The position numbers and the translations under genes are program-made. DNA of 64,000 bases from contig CAWGIE010000010.1 of NCBI GenBank assembly GCA_963822585.1, positions 155,578-219,577 on the forward strand. The letters are read 5' to 3'. Source of the stretch: an uncultured bacterium. GTDB taxonomy: Bacteria; Auribacterota; Erginobacteria; Erginobacterales; Erginobacteraceae. The notes below the pieces were generated by a model that saw only the letters and a program-made list of their open reading frames with translations, made no database searches and had not been told where the DNA came from. Below, in pieces: positions 46,801 through 56,079 of this stretch (positions within the stretch are counted from its first letter, which is position 1; every line of letters starts with the position of its first letter).

Positions 46801-46896
46801 CCACGAAGAGCACGAAGAACACGAAGAAAGAGATGAAAAATGCAATAATTATTTCAATCTTTAAAAATCCCTTCGTGCACTTCGTGTCCTTCGTGG
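46801..46896. repeat. R3 hairpin element copy
   Basis: CCACGAAGAGCACGAAGAACACGAAG ... CTTCGTGCACTTCGTGTCCTTCGTGG. Confidence 0.65.
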
Positions 46897-46939
46897 TTAA
46901 AAGGTACGCCTAAGGCGCTCATTCATTCCCGGAAAAGAC

Positions 46940-47926
46940 ATGAAAAATCGTATATCAGAGAAGAGATGTGATGACATTATCGGCCGGTTTGCCGGAAAGA
47001 CCATCCTGGTGGTCGGCGATGTCATGCTGGACGAGTATATCTGGGGGGAGGTGGAAAGGATTTCTCCGGAAGCGCCGGTCCCGGTCGTGCGGGTGAAGTC
47101 CGAAACCTGGGTTCCCGGCGGCGCGGCCAACGTGGCCCACAACATCAGTTCTCTGGGGGGAAAGCCCTTTTTAGCCGGGTTCATCGGTTCCGATCCGCCG
47201 GGCCGGAAATTGAAAAACCTGCTGCGCCGGAAGGGGATTGACGGCCGGGGTCTGGTGGTGGATGCCGGCCGTCCCACCGTGACCAAGTCCCGGATCCTGG
47301 CCGGGCATCAACAGGTGGTGCGGATAGACCGGGAATATTCGGCCGCCGTTGATGACGGCCTGCGGCGCAAGCTTCTGGAGGGGATCCGCCGGATCGACCG
47401 GCCGATCGACGGCGTCATTCTGGAAGATTACGCCAAAGGGGTGATTAACCAGGAGCTGATTCGGGAGCTGGTGGCATTCGCCCGGGAACGCGGTTCTTTC
47501 CTGGTCGTGGATCCCAACGGCCGCCATCGTTTCACCTACCGGGGCGCCACCCTGATCACCCCCAACCATAAGGAAGCCATCGAGACGGCGGGGATGGGCA
47601 GCGAAATCGAGCTGGAGGGTCTGGGCCGGCACCTCCTGAAAAAATGGGGTTCGGAGGCGGTATTAATAACCATCGGTGAAGAGGGGATGTGCCTTTTCCA
47701 GCGGAAGAGGAAGCCGTTTCATATCCCCACCGTCGCCCGGGAGGTCTTCGATGTTTCGGGGGCCGGCGATACCGTTGTCGGGGCGGTGGCACTGGCCCTG
47801 GCGGCGGGCGCCGATCTGCGGGAGGCGTCCCGTCTGGCCAACTGCGCGGCCGGGGTAGTGGTCGGCAAATTAGGGACGGCGGTCCTCACCCGGGACGAAC
47901 TGAAGAACGCCCTGAACTGGTTATGA
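46940..47926 (+). CDS. hldA: D-glycero-beta-D-manno-heptose 7-phosphate kinase (RfaE domain I only, no adenylyltransferase domain)
   Basis: pfkB-like ILVVGDVMLDEY and GAGDT. 328 aa, i.e. the kinase half only. Confidence 0.75.
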   Translation: MKNRISEKRCDDIIGRFAGKTILVVGDVMLDEYIWGEVERISPEAPVPVVRVKSETWVPGGAANVAHNISSLGGKPFLAGFIGSDPPGRKLKNLLRRKGIDGRGLVVDAGRPTVTKSRILAGHQQVVRIDREYSAAVDDGLRRKLLEGIRRIDRPIDGVILEDYAKGVINQELIRELVAFARERGSFLVVDPNGRHRFTYRGATLITPNHKEAIETAGMGSEIELEGLGRHLLKKWGSEAVLITIGEEGMCLFQRKRKPFHIPTVAREVFDVSGAGDTVVGAVALALAAGADLREASRLANCAAGVVVGKLGTAVLTRDELKNALNWL

Positions 47927-48474
47927 GGAGGGCCGTCTTTCTTGACCGGGATGGGACCATTAATGCCGATACCGGGTATATCCGCTCCCCGTCGGAGCTG
48001 CATATTTTCCCGGCTGCCCGCCGTGGTCTGTCGCTGCTGGTGGAAAACGGTTTTTTGCTGTTTGTGGTGACCAATCAATCGGGTATCGGCAGAGGGTATT
48101 TTTCGCTGGAGGAGATGGAGGCGGTCAATCGGAAACTGGAGGAGGACCTCGGTCGGGAGGGCATTTTTCTGGAGGAGATCGCTTATTGTCCCCATCACCC
48201 GGCCGACGGTTGCGCCTGCCGGAAGCCGTCCCCGTACTTGATTGAGAAACTGGCCGTCGAGAACGGCGTTGATCTGAACGGCTCGTTTTTTATCGGAGAC
48301 AAGCCGAGCGACGTGCTCACCGGCAGCAACGCCGGCTGCCGGACGGTCTTGCTGGCCCCGCTGTCCCGGGTCACCAAGATGCGGGAACTTAAGGAGTGGC
48401 GGGAACCCGATTTTACGGCGGAAGATCTCTACCACGCCGCCCGGTGGATCGTGGGGTCTGTAAACTCCACATGA
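47923..48474 (+). CDS. gmhB: D,D-heptose 1,7-bisphosphate phosphatase
   Basis: FLDRDGTIN and Zn-site CxC (CACRKP). ATGA overlap with the upstream stop. Confidence 0.8.
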   Translation: MRRAVFLDRDGTINADTGYIRSPSELHIFPAARRGLSLLVENGFLLFVVTNQSGIGRGYFSLEEMEAVNRKLEEDLGREGIFLEEIAYCPHHPADGCACRKPSPYLIEKLAVENGVDLNGSFFIGDKPSDVLTGSNAGCRTVLLAPLSRVTKMRELKEWREPDFTAEDLYHAARWIVGSVNST

Positions 48475-48522
48475 CAAGCACCGATATCAAATCAATTCCA
48501 AATTATAAATATCAATCTACCA

Positions 48523-49286
48523 TGGCAAAAGAAACGAACTGCCGTCTTCGGGTCATCGGGATCATCCCGGCGCGTTTCCAGGCGAGCCGGTTCCCGGGGA
48601 AGCTCCTGGCCCGCCTCGATGATCGGACCGTCATCGAGCATGTCTTCCGGCGGGCGTCGAGAGCGTCCCGGCTGGACGCTCTCTTTGTGGCCACCGATGA
48701 TGAACGCATCTCCCGGGCGGTGGAGGAATTCGGCGCCACGGTGATCATGACCACTTCCCGCCCGACCACGGGAACGGAACGGGTGGCGGAAGCGTGCCGG
48801 GGTCGGGAGGCGGAGATAGTGGTCAATATTCAGGGCGATGAGCCTTTTCTCGAGAGCGGGATGATCGACAGGGTGGTCGAAGAACTGATCCGGGACCGCA
48901 CCCTGGACGTCGTCACCCTGAAAAGAAGGATAGAAAAGACCGGAGATCTCCATGATCCCAACCTGGTGAAGGTAGTGGCCGACCGTGCCGGCCGCGCCCT
49001 CTATTTTTCCCGCTCCCCGATCCCGTTCCCCGGCGCTGTTCGATCCCCGGACGCCTATAAGCATATCGGTCTTTACGGCTACCGGAGGGATTTTCTGGAA
49101 CGGCTGGTGGCGATGCCGCCGGGGGTGCTGGAGCAACAGGAGCGTCTGGAACAGTTGCGGGTACTCGAGAACGGATATACAATCAAAGTGCTGGAGACGG
49201 ACCGGGACACGATCGGGATCGATACCCCGGATGATCTGGTCCGGGCCCGGGAGTGGTTGGAAGCGGAGAAAAAGAAAATCGTTTAA
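48523..49286 (+). CDS. kdsB: 3-deoxy-manno-octulosonate cytidylyltransferase (CMP-Kdo synthetase)
   Basis: IIPARFQASRFPGK...NIQGDEP. Confidence 0.85.
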
Positions 49287-49331
49287 CCTGGATTATTCAT
49301 GAAAATTGAAAATTTTCATGAATAATCCAGG
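49287..49331. repeat. perfect 45-bp AT-rich palindrome (21-bp arms CCTGGATTATTCATGAAAATT)
   Basis: Immediately after the kdsB stop. Partial relative at 27395-27450 after waaA. Confidence 0.7.
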
Positions 49332-49601
49332 TTACTAATTGTCGTTCAATATAGTATGAATAGTAACCTTATTTATGCGGCGAGGGCACTCTGCTTTTTC
49401 TTCTCCGAAAGGACAATGTATTGTCCTTCCTGTTAACGGTGCCGGCAGCAATAGGCCTTTGACTGTAATTCATTGCCGGAGAATTGGATAAAAGTAATAT
49501 CTTATCGTGCTTCTGTTCATTTAATCCTTGTCATGGTTCAAAACTAACCCGATTTCTTAATAAATCGGGTTCAACGGCTCGAACGGTTTCGGATAGTTGC
49601 C

Positions 49602-50441
49602 ATGATTGAAAAAGTCGAAGCGTTTAAAATCGGTTCGGTCCCGGTCGGGGGGAACCGCCCCCTGATAGTAATCGCCGGGCTGTGCGTGATCGAGAGCGAG
49701 GAGCATACCGTCCGGATTGCCGCCGCGCTGAAGGAGATCAGCCGGGAGCAGAAAATCCCCTTGATCTTCAAGGCCTCCTATGACAAGGCCAACCGGACCG
49801 CCCTTTCTTCGTACCGGGGGCCGGGGATCGCTGCCGGGTTGAAGATACTGGAGCGGGTCAAGCGCGAACTGGACCTTCCCCTCCTGGTTGATTTTCACCG
49901 CGAGACGGACGCGGCGGAAGTGGCCCGGGTGGCCGATGTCCTCCAGGTCCCGGCTTTTCTCTGCCGCCAGACGGATATGCTTTTGGCCGCCGCCCGGACC
50001 GGGCGCGCGGTCAATGTCAAGAAAGGGCAGTTCCTGGCCCCGGGCGACGCGCGCTATATTATCGATAAGGTTGTCTCCGGCGGGAACCGGAGGCTCCTGA
50101 TTACCGAACGCGGCGTCAGTTTCGGTTACCATAACCTCATCAATGACATGAGGGCGCTCCCGATCATGAGAAGGTTCGGCTTCCCGGTGATATTCGATGC
50201 CACTCACAGTGTTCAGGCGCCGGGGGGAGGGGAAGGATATACCGGCGGCGACCGGGAGTTTATTCCTTTCCTGGCCCGGGCGGCGGCGGCCGCCGGCTGC
50301 GACGGGATTTTCATGGAAGTTCATGATCGCCCGGAGAAGGCGCGGTCGGATACCGCCAGTGTTCTGCCGCTGGATGACCTGCCGGAACTGCTGAGAATGA
50401 TCGGAGAAATAGACCGATTGGTGAAGAGAAATGAATCCTGA
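49602..50441 (+). CDS. kdsA: 2-dehydro-3-deoxyphosphooctonate aldolase (Kdo-8-P synthase)
   Basis: LIVIAGLCVIESE...KASYDKANRT...FDATHSVQ. Confidence 0.85.
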   Translation: MIEKVEAFKIGSVPVGGNRPLIVIAGLCVIESEEHTVRIAAALKEISREQKIPLIFKASYDKANRTALSSYRGPGIAAGLKILERVKRELDLPLLVDFHRETDAAEVARVADVLQVPAFLCRQTDMLLAAARTGRAVNVKKGQFLAPGDARYIIDKVVSGGNRRLLITERGVSFGYHNLINDMRALPIMRRFGFPVIFDATHSVQAPGGGEGYTGGDREFIPFLARAAAAAGCDGIFMEVHDRPEKARSDTASVLPLDDLPELLRMIGEIDRLVKRNES

Positions 50442-51420
50442 TCGATCAACACGGGGGAAGGATATCCGCGGGATCGGCCGTTCGGTTTTGAAAACGGAGG
50501 GAGAGGCGGTCTTGTCCCTGATCCCGAAATTGGGGAAGGAATTTGAGTCCGCCGTGGAGGTCCTCTACCGCTGCCGGGGAAGAATTATCGTCGTCGGGAT
50601 GGGGAAGGCGGGGATCATCGCCCGTAAAATTTCCGCCACGATGGCCAGTACGGGCTCACCCAGCCTGAGTCTCCACCCCGTGGAAGCGCTCCACGGAGAC
50701 CTGGGGATCGTGGGCAAGGATGACGTCGTGGTCATGATCTCGCGCAGCGGGGAATCGGAGGAAATCAAGAACCTGATCCCCTTCATCAAGCGGATGGGGA
50801 TCCCTCTGATCAGCATAACCGGGAACCTTTCTTCCACCCTGGCCGCCCACAGCGATGTCGCGCTCGACGCCGGGGTGGAGAAAGAGGCCTGCCCGCTGAA
50901 CCTGGCGCCGACCGCCAGTACCACGGCGGCTCTGGCTCTGGGGGATGCCCTGGCCGTCGCCCTGATCGAAAAAAGGGATTTCCAACCGGCTGACTTCGCC
51001 CGTTTACATCCGGCCGGGGCGCTGGGCAAGAGACTGTTGCTTCGGGTCTCGGACCTGATGAGAAAAGGAGTCGACAACCCGGTGGTCGGTGAGGAGAGCC
51101 GGGTAAAAGAGGTTATTCTCCGGATCACCGCGGCCCGGGCCGGCGCCGCCAGCGTGGTCGATCGGGACGGACGCCTCTGCGGATTTTTTACCGACGGCGA
51201 TCTGCGCCGGCATATCGAAAGTCGGTCGAATATTCTCGAGGAGCCTATCCGGCTGGTCATGACCAAAGACCCCCTGACGATCGAGGAAGATCGCCTGGCC
51301 GTGGAAGCTCTCCGGCTGATCGGGTCGCGGAAGGTCGATGAGCTGCCGGTGGTCAACGCGGCCGGGGAGCCGGTGGGGATGCTCGACGTTCAGGACCTCC
51401 TGAACGCGGGGATCGTCTGA
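50431..51420 (+). CDS. kdsD: arabinose-5-phosphate isomerase (SIS + tandem CBS)
   Basis: GRIIVVGMGKAG, ISRSGESEE, then CBS pair. Confidence 0.85.
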   Translation: MNPDRSTRGKDIRGIGRSVLKTEGEAVLSLIPKLGKEFESAVEVLYRCRGRIIVVGMGKAGIIARKISATMASTGSPSLSLHPVEALHGDLGIVGKDDVVVMISRSGESEEIKNLIPFIKRMGIPLISITGNLSSTLAAHSDVALDAGVEKEACPLNLAPTASTTAALALGDALAVALIEKRDFQPADFARLHPAGALGKRLLLRVSDLMRKGVDNPVVGEESRVKEVILRITAARAGAASVVDRDGRLCGFFTDGDLRRHIESRSNILEEPIRLVMTKDPLTIEEDRLAVEALRLIGSRKVDELPVVNAAGEPVGMLDVQDLLNAGIV

Positions 51421-51484
51421 ACAATACATCAGGGTCATGAGGCCGCCGGTTCGTTGTTACAAAGCGGAATAACGGGGGAAACAA

Positions 51485-51568
51485 GGAGTACTGGAGTGAT
51501 GGAGTAATGGAGTGGTGGGAGCCCGGATACCCATCACTCCAGCACTCCATCACTCCAACATTCCATTT
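51485..51568. repeat. R1 palindromic element copy
   Basis: GGAGTGATGGAGTAATGGAGTGGTGGGAG...CCATCACTCCAGCACTCCATCACTCC. Confidence 0.7.
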
Positions 51569-51596
51569 CACCGAAAGTATCGAGGGCTCGGTATCA

Positions 51597-52094
51597 ATGA
51601 ATCCGGAAATCATCAAGCGGGCGGCAAAGATCAAACTGCTGGTCCTCGATGTCGACGGCGTTTTAACCGATGGAAAAATTTATTATGGCAGCCGGGGTGA
51701 AGAACTGAAGGCTTTCCATGTCCGGGATGGATCGGCACTGGTCCGGGGGCGCGAAGCGGGTCTGCAAATAGCGCTGGTCAGCGGCCGGAAATCAGGGGCG
51801 GTGGCCCGCCGGGCCCGGGAGCTGGGGATCGCCGATCTTTATCAGGGGATCGAGGACAAGGTCCCGGTGCTGGAGGAACTGATGAACCGCTATCACTGCG
51901 GCCGTGATGAGACGGCTTGCGCGGGGGACGACGTGGCCGATCTCCCCCTGCTGGAAAGAGCGGGGTTCGCCATCGCCGTTGCCGATGCCCATCCGCTTGT
52001 TCACGCCGTTGCTGATTACGGAACAGTCAACCGGGGCGGGGCGGGAGCGGTCAGGGAGATCGTGGAACTGATACTGAGCGCCCGGAAGAAATGA
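51597..52094 (+). CDS. kdsC: Kdo-8-phosphate phosphatase
   Basis: LLVLDVDGVLTDG. GDDVADLP. The start lies after the R1 element. Confidence 0.8.
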   Translation: MNPEIIKRAAKIKLLVLDVDGVLTDGKIYYGSRGEELKAFHVRDGSALVRGREAGLQIALVSGRKSGAVARRARELGIADLYQGIEDKVPVLEELMNRYHCGRDETACAGDDVADLPLLERAGFAIAVADAHPLVHAVADYGTVNRGGAGAVREIVELILSARKK

Positions 52095-52621
52095 AAAGCG
52101 GTCTTTTTAATTCGGTGTTTCTGATCGCCGCCCTCGCGGCGGCCTTCTCCGGATCCGCGGGCGCGGCCGACGCGCCCTCCCCCTCCCCACGGTCGACCCC
52201 CGCCTCGTTCACCCCCTCGCCGACCGCGGTTCCGGCCACTCCGGTGCCCCCCCTCCCGGTGCAGGAGGTGACCGGAGGGTTCACCCGGTACATCCCGAAC
52301 CGGGACGGTGATATGGAGTGGAAACTGGAGGGCAGTTCGGTCCATTTTCTCACCCCGACCTGCATGCAGATCTCGGATTTGCTGGCCACCGCCCTGGCGC
52401 CCGATATCAGCGATTTGACGATAAACGCCGGCTTGATGCTTTTTCACACGGACACGAAGATCGCCCGCGGAGAAGATCAACGAATTACCGTGCGCCGGGA
52501 AAACATGGTCCTGACCGGCCGGGGATATCTCTGGACCCCTCAGAGTGAGCAGATCCGGGTTTTCGAGGACGTGCAGCTTTTAATCAAGGAAACCGGCAAC
52601 CAGGGACTGTTCCCCTTATGA
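52091..52621 (+). CDS. lptC: LPS export protein LptC-like
   Basis: Signal-anchor. Position immediately upstream of lptA-lptB. Weak sequence evidence. Confidence 0.55.
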   Translation: MKSGLFNSVFLIAALAAAFSGSAGAADAPSPSPRSTPASFTPSPTAVPATPVPPLPVQEVTGGFTRYIPNRDGDMEWKLEGSSVHFLTPTCMQISDLLATALAPDISDLTINAGLMLFHTDTKIARGEDQRITVRRENMVLTGRGYLWTPQSEQIRVFEDVQLLIKETGNQGLFPL

Positions 52622-53133
52622 GACACGTTTTCAGGTTCGCGTTTTTGGTTGTCGTCGGAGTTGGGCTGGCGCCGCTTTTCCTGGCCGGTCAGGAACCGAC
52701 GCCGGCACCGTCACCGGCTCCCACGCCGCATGAAGATTGGACGGTTGTCACCTGCGACGGGAATCTTTTCATGGATTACCGGAACCAGCAGGTGACTTTC
52801 TTCAACAATGTCCTGGTGAAGAACCCCCGGGGAAGCCTCCGGGCCGATCGGCTGATCATCTTCTTCACCCCGGACGGGAAGAAGGTGGATAGGACGGAAG
52901 GGGAGGGGAACATCAAAATCATCACCGAGGAGAAGGCCGGCAGCGCCGATAAGATTATTTATTATCCGGACGGAAGGAAAGCCGTCCTCCTCGGCAATGC
53001 CGTGGTCACTTCCGGCACCGACAGCGTCCGGGGAGGGAAGATTACCTTCTATCTGGACAAGAAGGAGATGGAAGTCGAGGAAACCCCCGACATCAAGTTC
53101 TTCCCCGACAAAGACTTCAACGTGAATTTCTAG
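52618..53133 (+). CDS. lptA: LPS export periplasmic protein LptA (OstA-like fold)
   Basis: Signal peptide. Repetitive beta-jellyroll pattern ...VTCDGNLFMDYRNQQVTFFNNV... Confidence 0.7.
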   Translation: MRHVFRFAFLVVVGVGLAPLFLAGQEPTPAPSPAPTPHEDWTVVTCDGNLFMDYRNQQVTFFNNVLVKNPRGSLRADRLIIFFTPDGKKVDRTEGEGNIKIITEEKAGSADKIIYYPDGRKAVLLGNAVVTSGTDSVRGGKITFYLDKKEMEVEETPDIKFFPDKDFNVNF

Positions 53134-53163
53134 AACTATTTTTTTACGAAGTAAAAAAATAAA

Positions 53164-53886
53164 ATGGAACTTTTCCGGGCGGAAAATTTAGTCAAGGTGT
53201 ATAAAAAACGCCGGGTCGTCGACCGGGTCAGTCTCCACGTCAACCGGGGGGAGATCGTCGGGCTCCTGGGGCCGAACGGCGCCGGCAAGACCACCAGCTT
53301 TTACATGATCGTCGGCCTGATCAAGGCCAACGGAGGGAGAGTTTTTTTCCAGCAGAAGGACATCACTCACCTCCCCATGTCCCGCCGGGCGCGGCTGGGG
53401 ATGAGCTATCTGGCCCAGGAGCCGTCGGTCTTCAGGAATCTGACCGTGGAAGACAATATCATGGCTATCCTGCAGACGCTGAAGATGAAGTCGGCCGATC
53501 GCAAGCAAAGGATGACGGAGCTGCTCCAGGAGTTGGGGATCAATCATCTGGCCAAGAGCAAGGCGTATATGCTTTCGGGGGGGGAGAGAAGACGCCTGGA
53601 GATCGCCCGGGCCCTGGTCACTTCTCCCCGGTTTATTCTTCTTGATGAGCCCTTCTCCGGCGTCGATCCGATCGCCGTCTTTGAGGTGCAGCAGATTATC
53701 ATCGATTTAAAAAAACGCGGCCTGGGGATCCTGCTGACAGATCACAACGTCAGGGAAACGCTGGCGGTGACCGATCGTTCTTATATTATGTTTCAAAGCC
53801 GGATATTGATTTCCGGGACCTCCGAGGAATTGATTAACAGCCCGCAAGCCCGGGAGATTTATCTCGGAGAACAGTTCAGCATGTAA
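53164..53886 (+). CDS. lptB: LPS export ABC transporter ATPase
   Basis: GPNGAGKTT. LSGGERRRLEIARAL. ILLDEPF. Confidence 0.85.
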   Translation: MELFRAENLVKVYKKRRVVDRVSLHVNRGEIVGLLGPNGAGKTTSFYMIVGLIKANGGRVFFQQKDITHLPMSRRARLGMSYLAQEPSVFRNLTVEDNIMAILQTLKMKSADRKQRMTELLQELGINHLAKSKAYMLSGGERRRLEIARALVTSPRFILLDEPFSGVDPIAVFEVQQIIIDLKKRGLGILLTDHNVRETLAVTDRSYIMFQSRILISGTSEELINSPQAREIYLGEQFSM

Positions 53887-53945
53887 AGCGGCGCCGGCGT
53901 ATGAAGGACCGGGGTGACAATTCTTTATTGTTGTTTCATGTAATA

Positions 53946-54052
53946 GGGAGTAATGGAGTATTGGAATAGTGGAGTGATGGGATGAGAAAGAAACAAGAGC
54001 CTCGATTATCCATTACTCCGGCACTCCAACACTCCAGCACTCCCGGTTGGAT
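53946..54052. repeat. R1 palindromic element copy
   Basis: GGGAGTAATGGAGTATTGGAATAGTGGAGTGATGG...CCATTACTCCGGCACTCCAACACTCCAGCACTCC. Confidence 0.7.
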
Positions 54053-54115
54053 CTTTTACTAATTGAGCGGCACGTTAAACCGCTGATCAAACTAAAATTG
54101 TAAGGAGGACTCCCC

Positions 54116-54628
54116 ATGTCGATTATGATTACGGCCCGGCACGCTTCCATCACCGAGGAGATCAAGGATTACGCGCGGGAAAAGCTGGAAGCTCTGGAAC
54201 ACCTCTGGCATACCGACGCCGTCGCCCATCTGGTTATCGAAGCCGAAAAAGCGGGGTATTTTCTGGAGATCAACCTCCAGTCGGGCCACCATCAGATTAA
54301 CTGCCGGGCCCGCAACCGGAACATTCAGACCGCGGTGAACCAGGTGGTCAAGAAACTCGAGAAACAGCTGAAGAAGAACAAGGATAAATCAACCCACCAC
54401 CGGAAAGAAAAAAACCAGGTCCCCTATGCCCCCGAGGACCTGCCGGTCGATATCCCCCGCCTGATCAAGGAGAGGTTGGAGATCGAGGATCTTGATGAAC
54501 GGGAGGCTTCTCTTCAGGTCCGGGAGGGCGACCGGGACTTTCTGGTTTACCGGGACGCCGTCAGCCATAAGATAAGCATCATCTTTCGCCGGAAGGATGG
54601 CGATTTGGGGCTGCTGGAGATAGAATGA
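54116..54628 (+). CDS. hpf: ribosome hibernation promoting factor, long form
   Basis: MSIMITARHASITEEIKDYAREKLE... plus C-terminal dimerisation extension. RBS AAGGAGG. Confidence 0.8.
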   Translation: MSIMITARHASITEEIKDYAREKLEALEHLWHTDAVAHLVIEAEKAGYFLEINLQSGHHQINCRARNRNIQTAVNQVVKKLEKQLKKNKDKSTHHRKEKNQVPYAPEDLPVDIPRLIKERLEIEDLDEREASLQVREGDRDFLVYRDAVSHKISIIFRRKDGDLGLLEIE

Positions 54629-54854
54629 TATTATTTTCCCTTCCCCGATTAATGCTTCGGGGGGGACCGGGAAAATAATAGTGGTACACATCAAGTCGAT
54701 AGGAAAAATATCTCTCAGGAGGTAAATGTCGGCTGATGTATGAAAGTCTTTTTTATACAATTGCCCCTATCGATTATGTGAGTTTAACCAACAGATCCCG
54801 ATTGGAACAATCGGGATCCACTATTAAGTAGCGCCGGAGGCGCTAATTAATATA

Positions 54855-55814
54855 ATGAAAGGCCTTACGGTCAGACAATTTTACGACAGCTTGAAGGATA
54901 AGCTCGAACTCAGGCTGGCGGCCGGAGAGAAGGGGTTGAAAAGAAAGATTCTGATCTCCGAGATCAATCGCCCGGGGCTTGCCCTGGCCGGATATCTGAC
55001 ATTTTTTGCCAACCGGCGCGGCCAGGTTCTGGGCAAGGTCGAGATCAGCTATCTCCGGGGATTGCCGCCCGGAGAGCGGAAAAAACGCATCAATCTTTTT
55101 TTGCGGCAGAAGATTCCTTTCTGTATCGTCTCCCGGAATTATGTCCCCCCCCCCGAACTGCTCTCCCAGGCCGATCGGATCGGGGTGCCGGTTTTCCGTT
55201 CCCCCATGGTGACCACCCGCCTCCTCAATCTGTGTACGATTTTACTGGAGGAGATGTTCGCGCCCCACGCCAGCCTCATCGCCAATCTGGTTGAGGTATA
55301 CGGGGTGGGGGTCCTGATCAAAGGCAAGAGCGGAGTGGGCAAGAGCGAATGCACGTTGAGCCTGGTGGAACGGGGCCATCGTCTGGTCAGCGACGACTAT
55401 ATCCATGTCCGGCAGATGGAAGGGACCTATCTGCTGGGAGAGGGATCGGAACTGACCCGGTTTCACATGGAGATCAGGGGGTTGGGAATTATTGATGTCC
55501 GCAATCTCTTCGGCGTGGGGTGCGTCCGCCAGCGCAAACGTCTGGACTTGGCGGTTACTCTGGAGGCGTGGGATCCGGAAAAGGAATACGAACGGCTGGG
55601 GTTGGATGAGGAATACCTGAGCATTCTCGGGGTCGACATCCCTCACATCGTCCTTCCGGTCGGTCCCGGGCGGGATCTGGCTCTTCTGATTGAAGTCGCC
55701 GCCCTCAATCACCGGATCAAGCGGATGGGGTATCATGCGGCCCGTGAACTGGACCGCAGCGTCCGGGAGAGGATCGGGAATCCTGAAAAAAAAGAGGGGA
55801 GAGGATATGCCTGA
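54855..55814 (+). CDS. hprK: HPr kinase/phosphorylase
   Basis: Walker A GKSGVGKSE. LVSDD. Confidence 0.85.
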   Translation: MKGLTVRQFYDSLKDKLELRLAAGEKGLKRKILISEINRPGLALAGYLTFFANRRGQVLGKVEISYLRGLPPGERKKRINLFLRQKIPFCIVSRNYVPPPELLSQADRIGVPVFRSPMVTTRLLNLCTILLEEMFAPHASLIANLVEVYGVGVLIKGKSGVGKSECTLSLVERGHRLVSDDYIHVRQMEGTYLLGEGSELTRFHMEIRGLGIIDVRNLFGVGCVRQRKRLDLAVTLEAWDPEKEYERLGLDEEYLSILGVDIPHIVLPVGPGRDLALLIEVAALNHRIKRMGYHAARELDRSVRERIGNPEKKEGRGYA

Positions 55815-56079
55815 AGTGATACGCAACATTCAGATTGAAAACAAGCTCGGTATTCATGCCCGACCGGCCGCCCGTCTCGTGCAGTTAACAAGCCGGTTCA
55901 GTTCCGAGATTATCTTGAAGCGGGGTGCCGACGAAGTGAACGGTAAGAGCATCATGGGGGTTTTGATGCTGGCTGCCCCTCAGGGATCGATCGTCCAGGT
56001 CATCGCCCGGGGAGAAGATGCCGAGACGGCCATGGATGAGATCGAAACGTTGTTCAGGGAGAAATTCGGAGAAGAATAA
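55807..56079 (+). CDS. ptsH: phosphocarrier protein HPr
   Basis: GIHARPAA (His15 site). NGKSIMGV (Ser46 site). 8-nt overlap with hprK. Confidence 0.85.
   Translation: MPEVIRNIQIENKLGIHARPAARLVQLTSRFSSEIILKRGADEVNGKSIMGVLMLAAPQGSIVQVIARGEDAETAMDEIETLFREKFGEE

Noticed and set aside
53886-54116. Possible missing rpoN between lptB and hpf
   Set aside because: The 230-bp gap contains only an R1 repeat element and cannot hold a sigma-54 gene. Absence is noted as an observation, not as a pseudogene.
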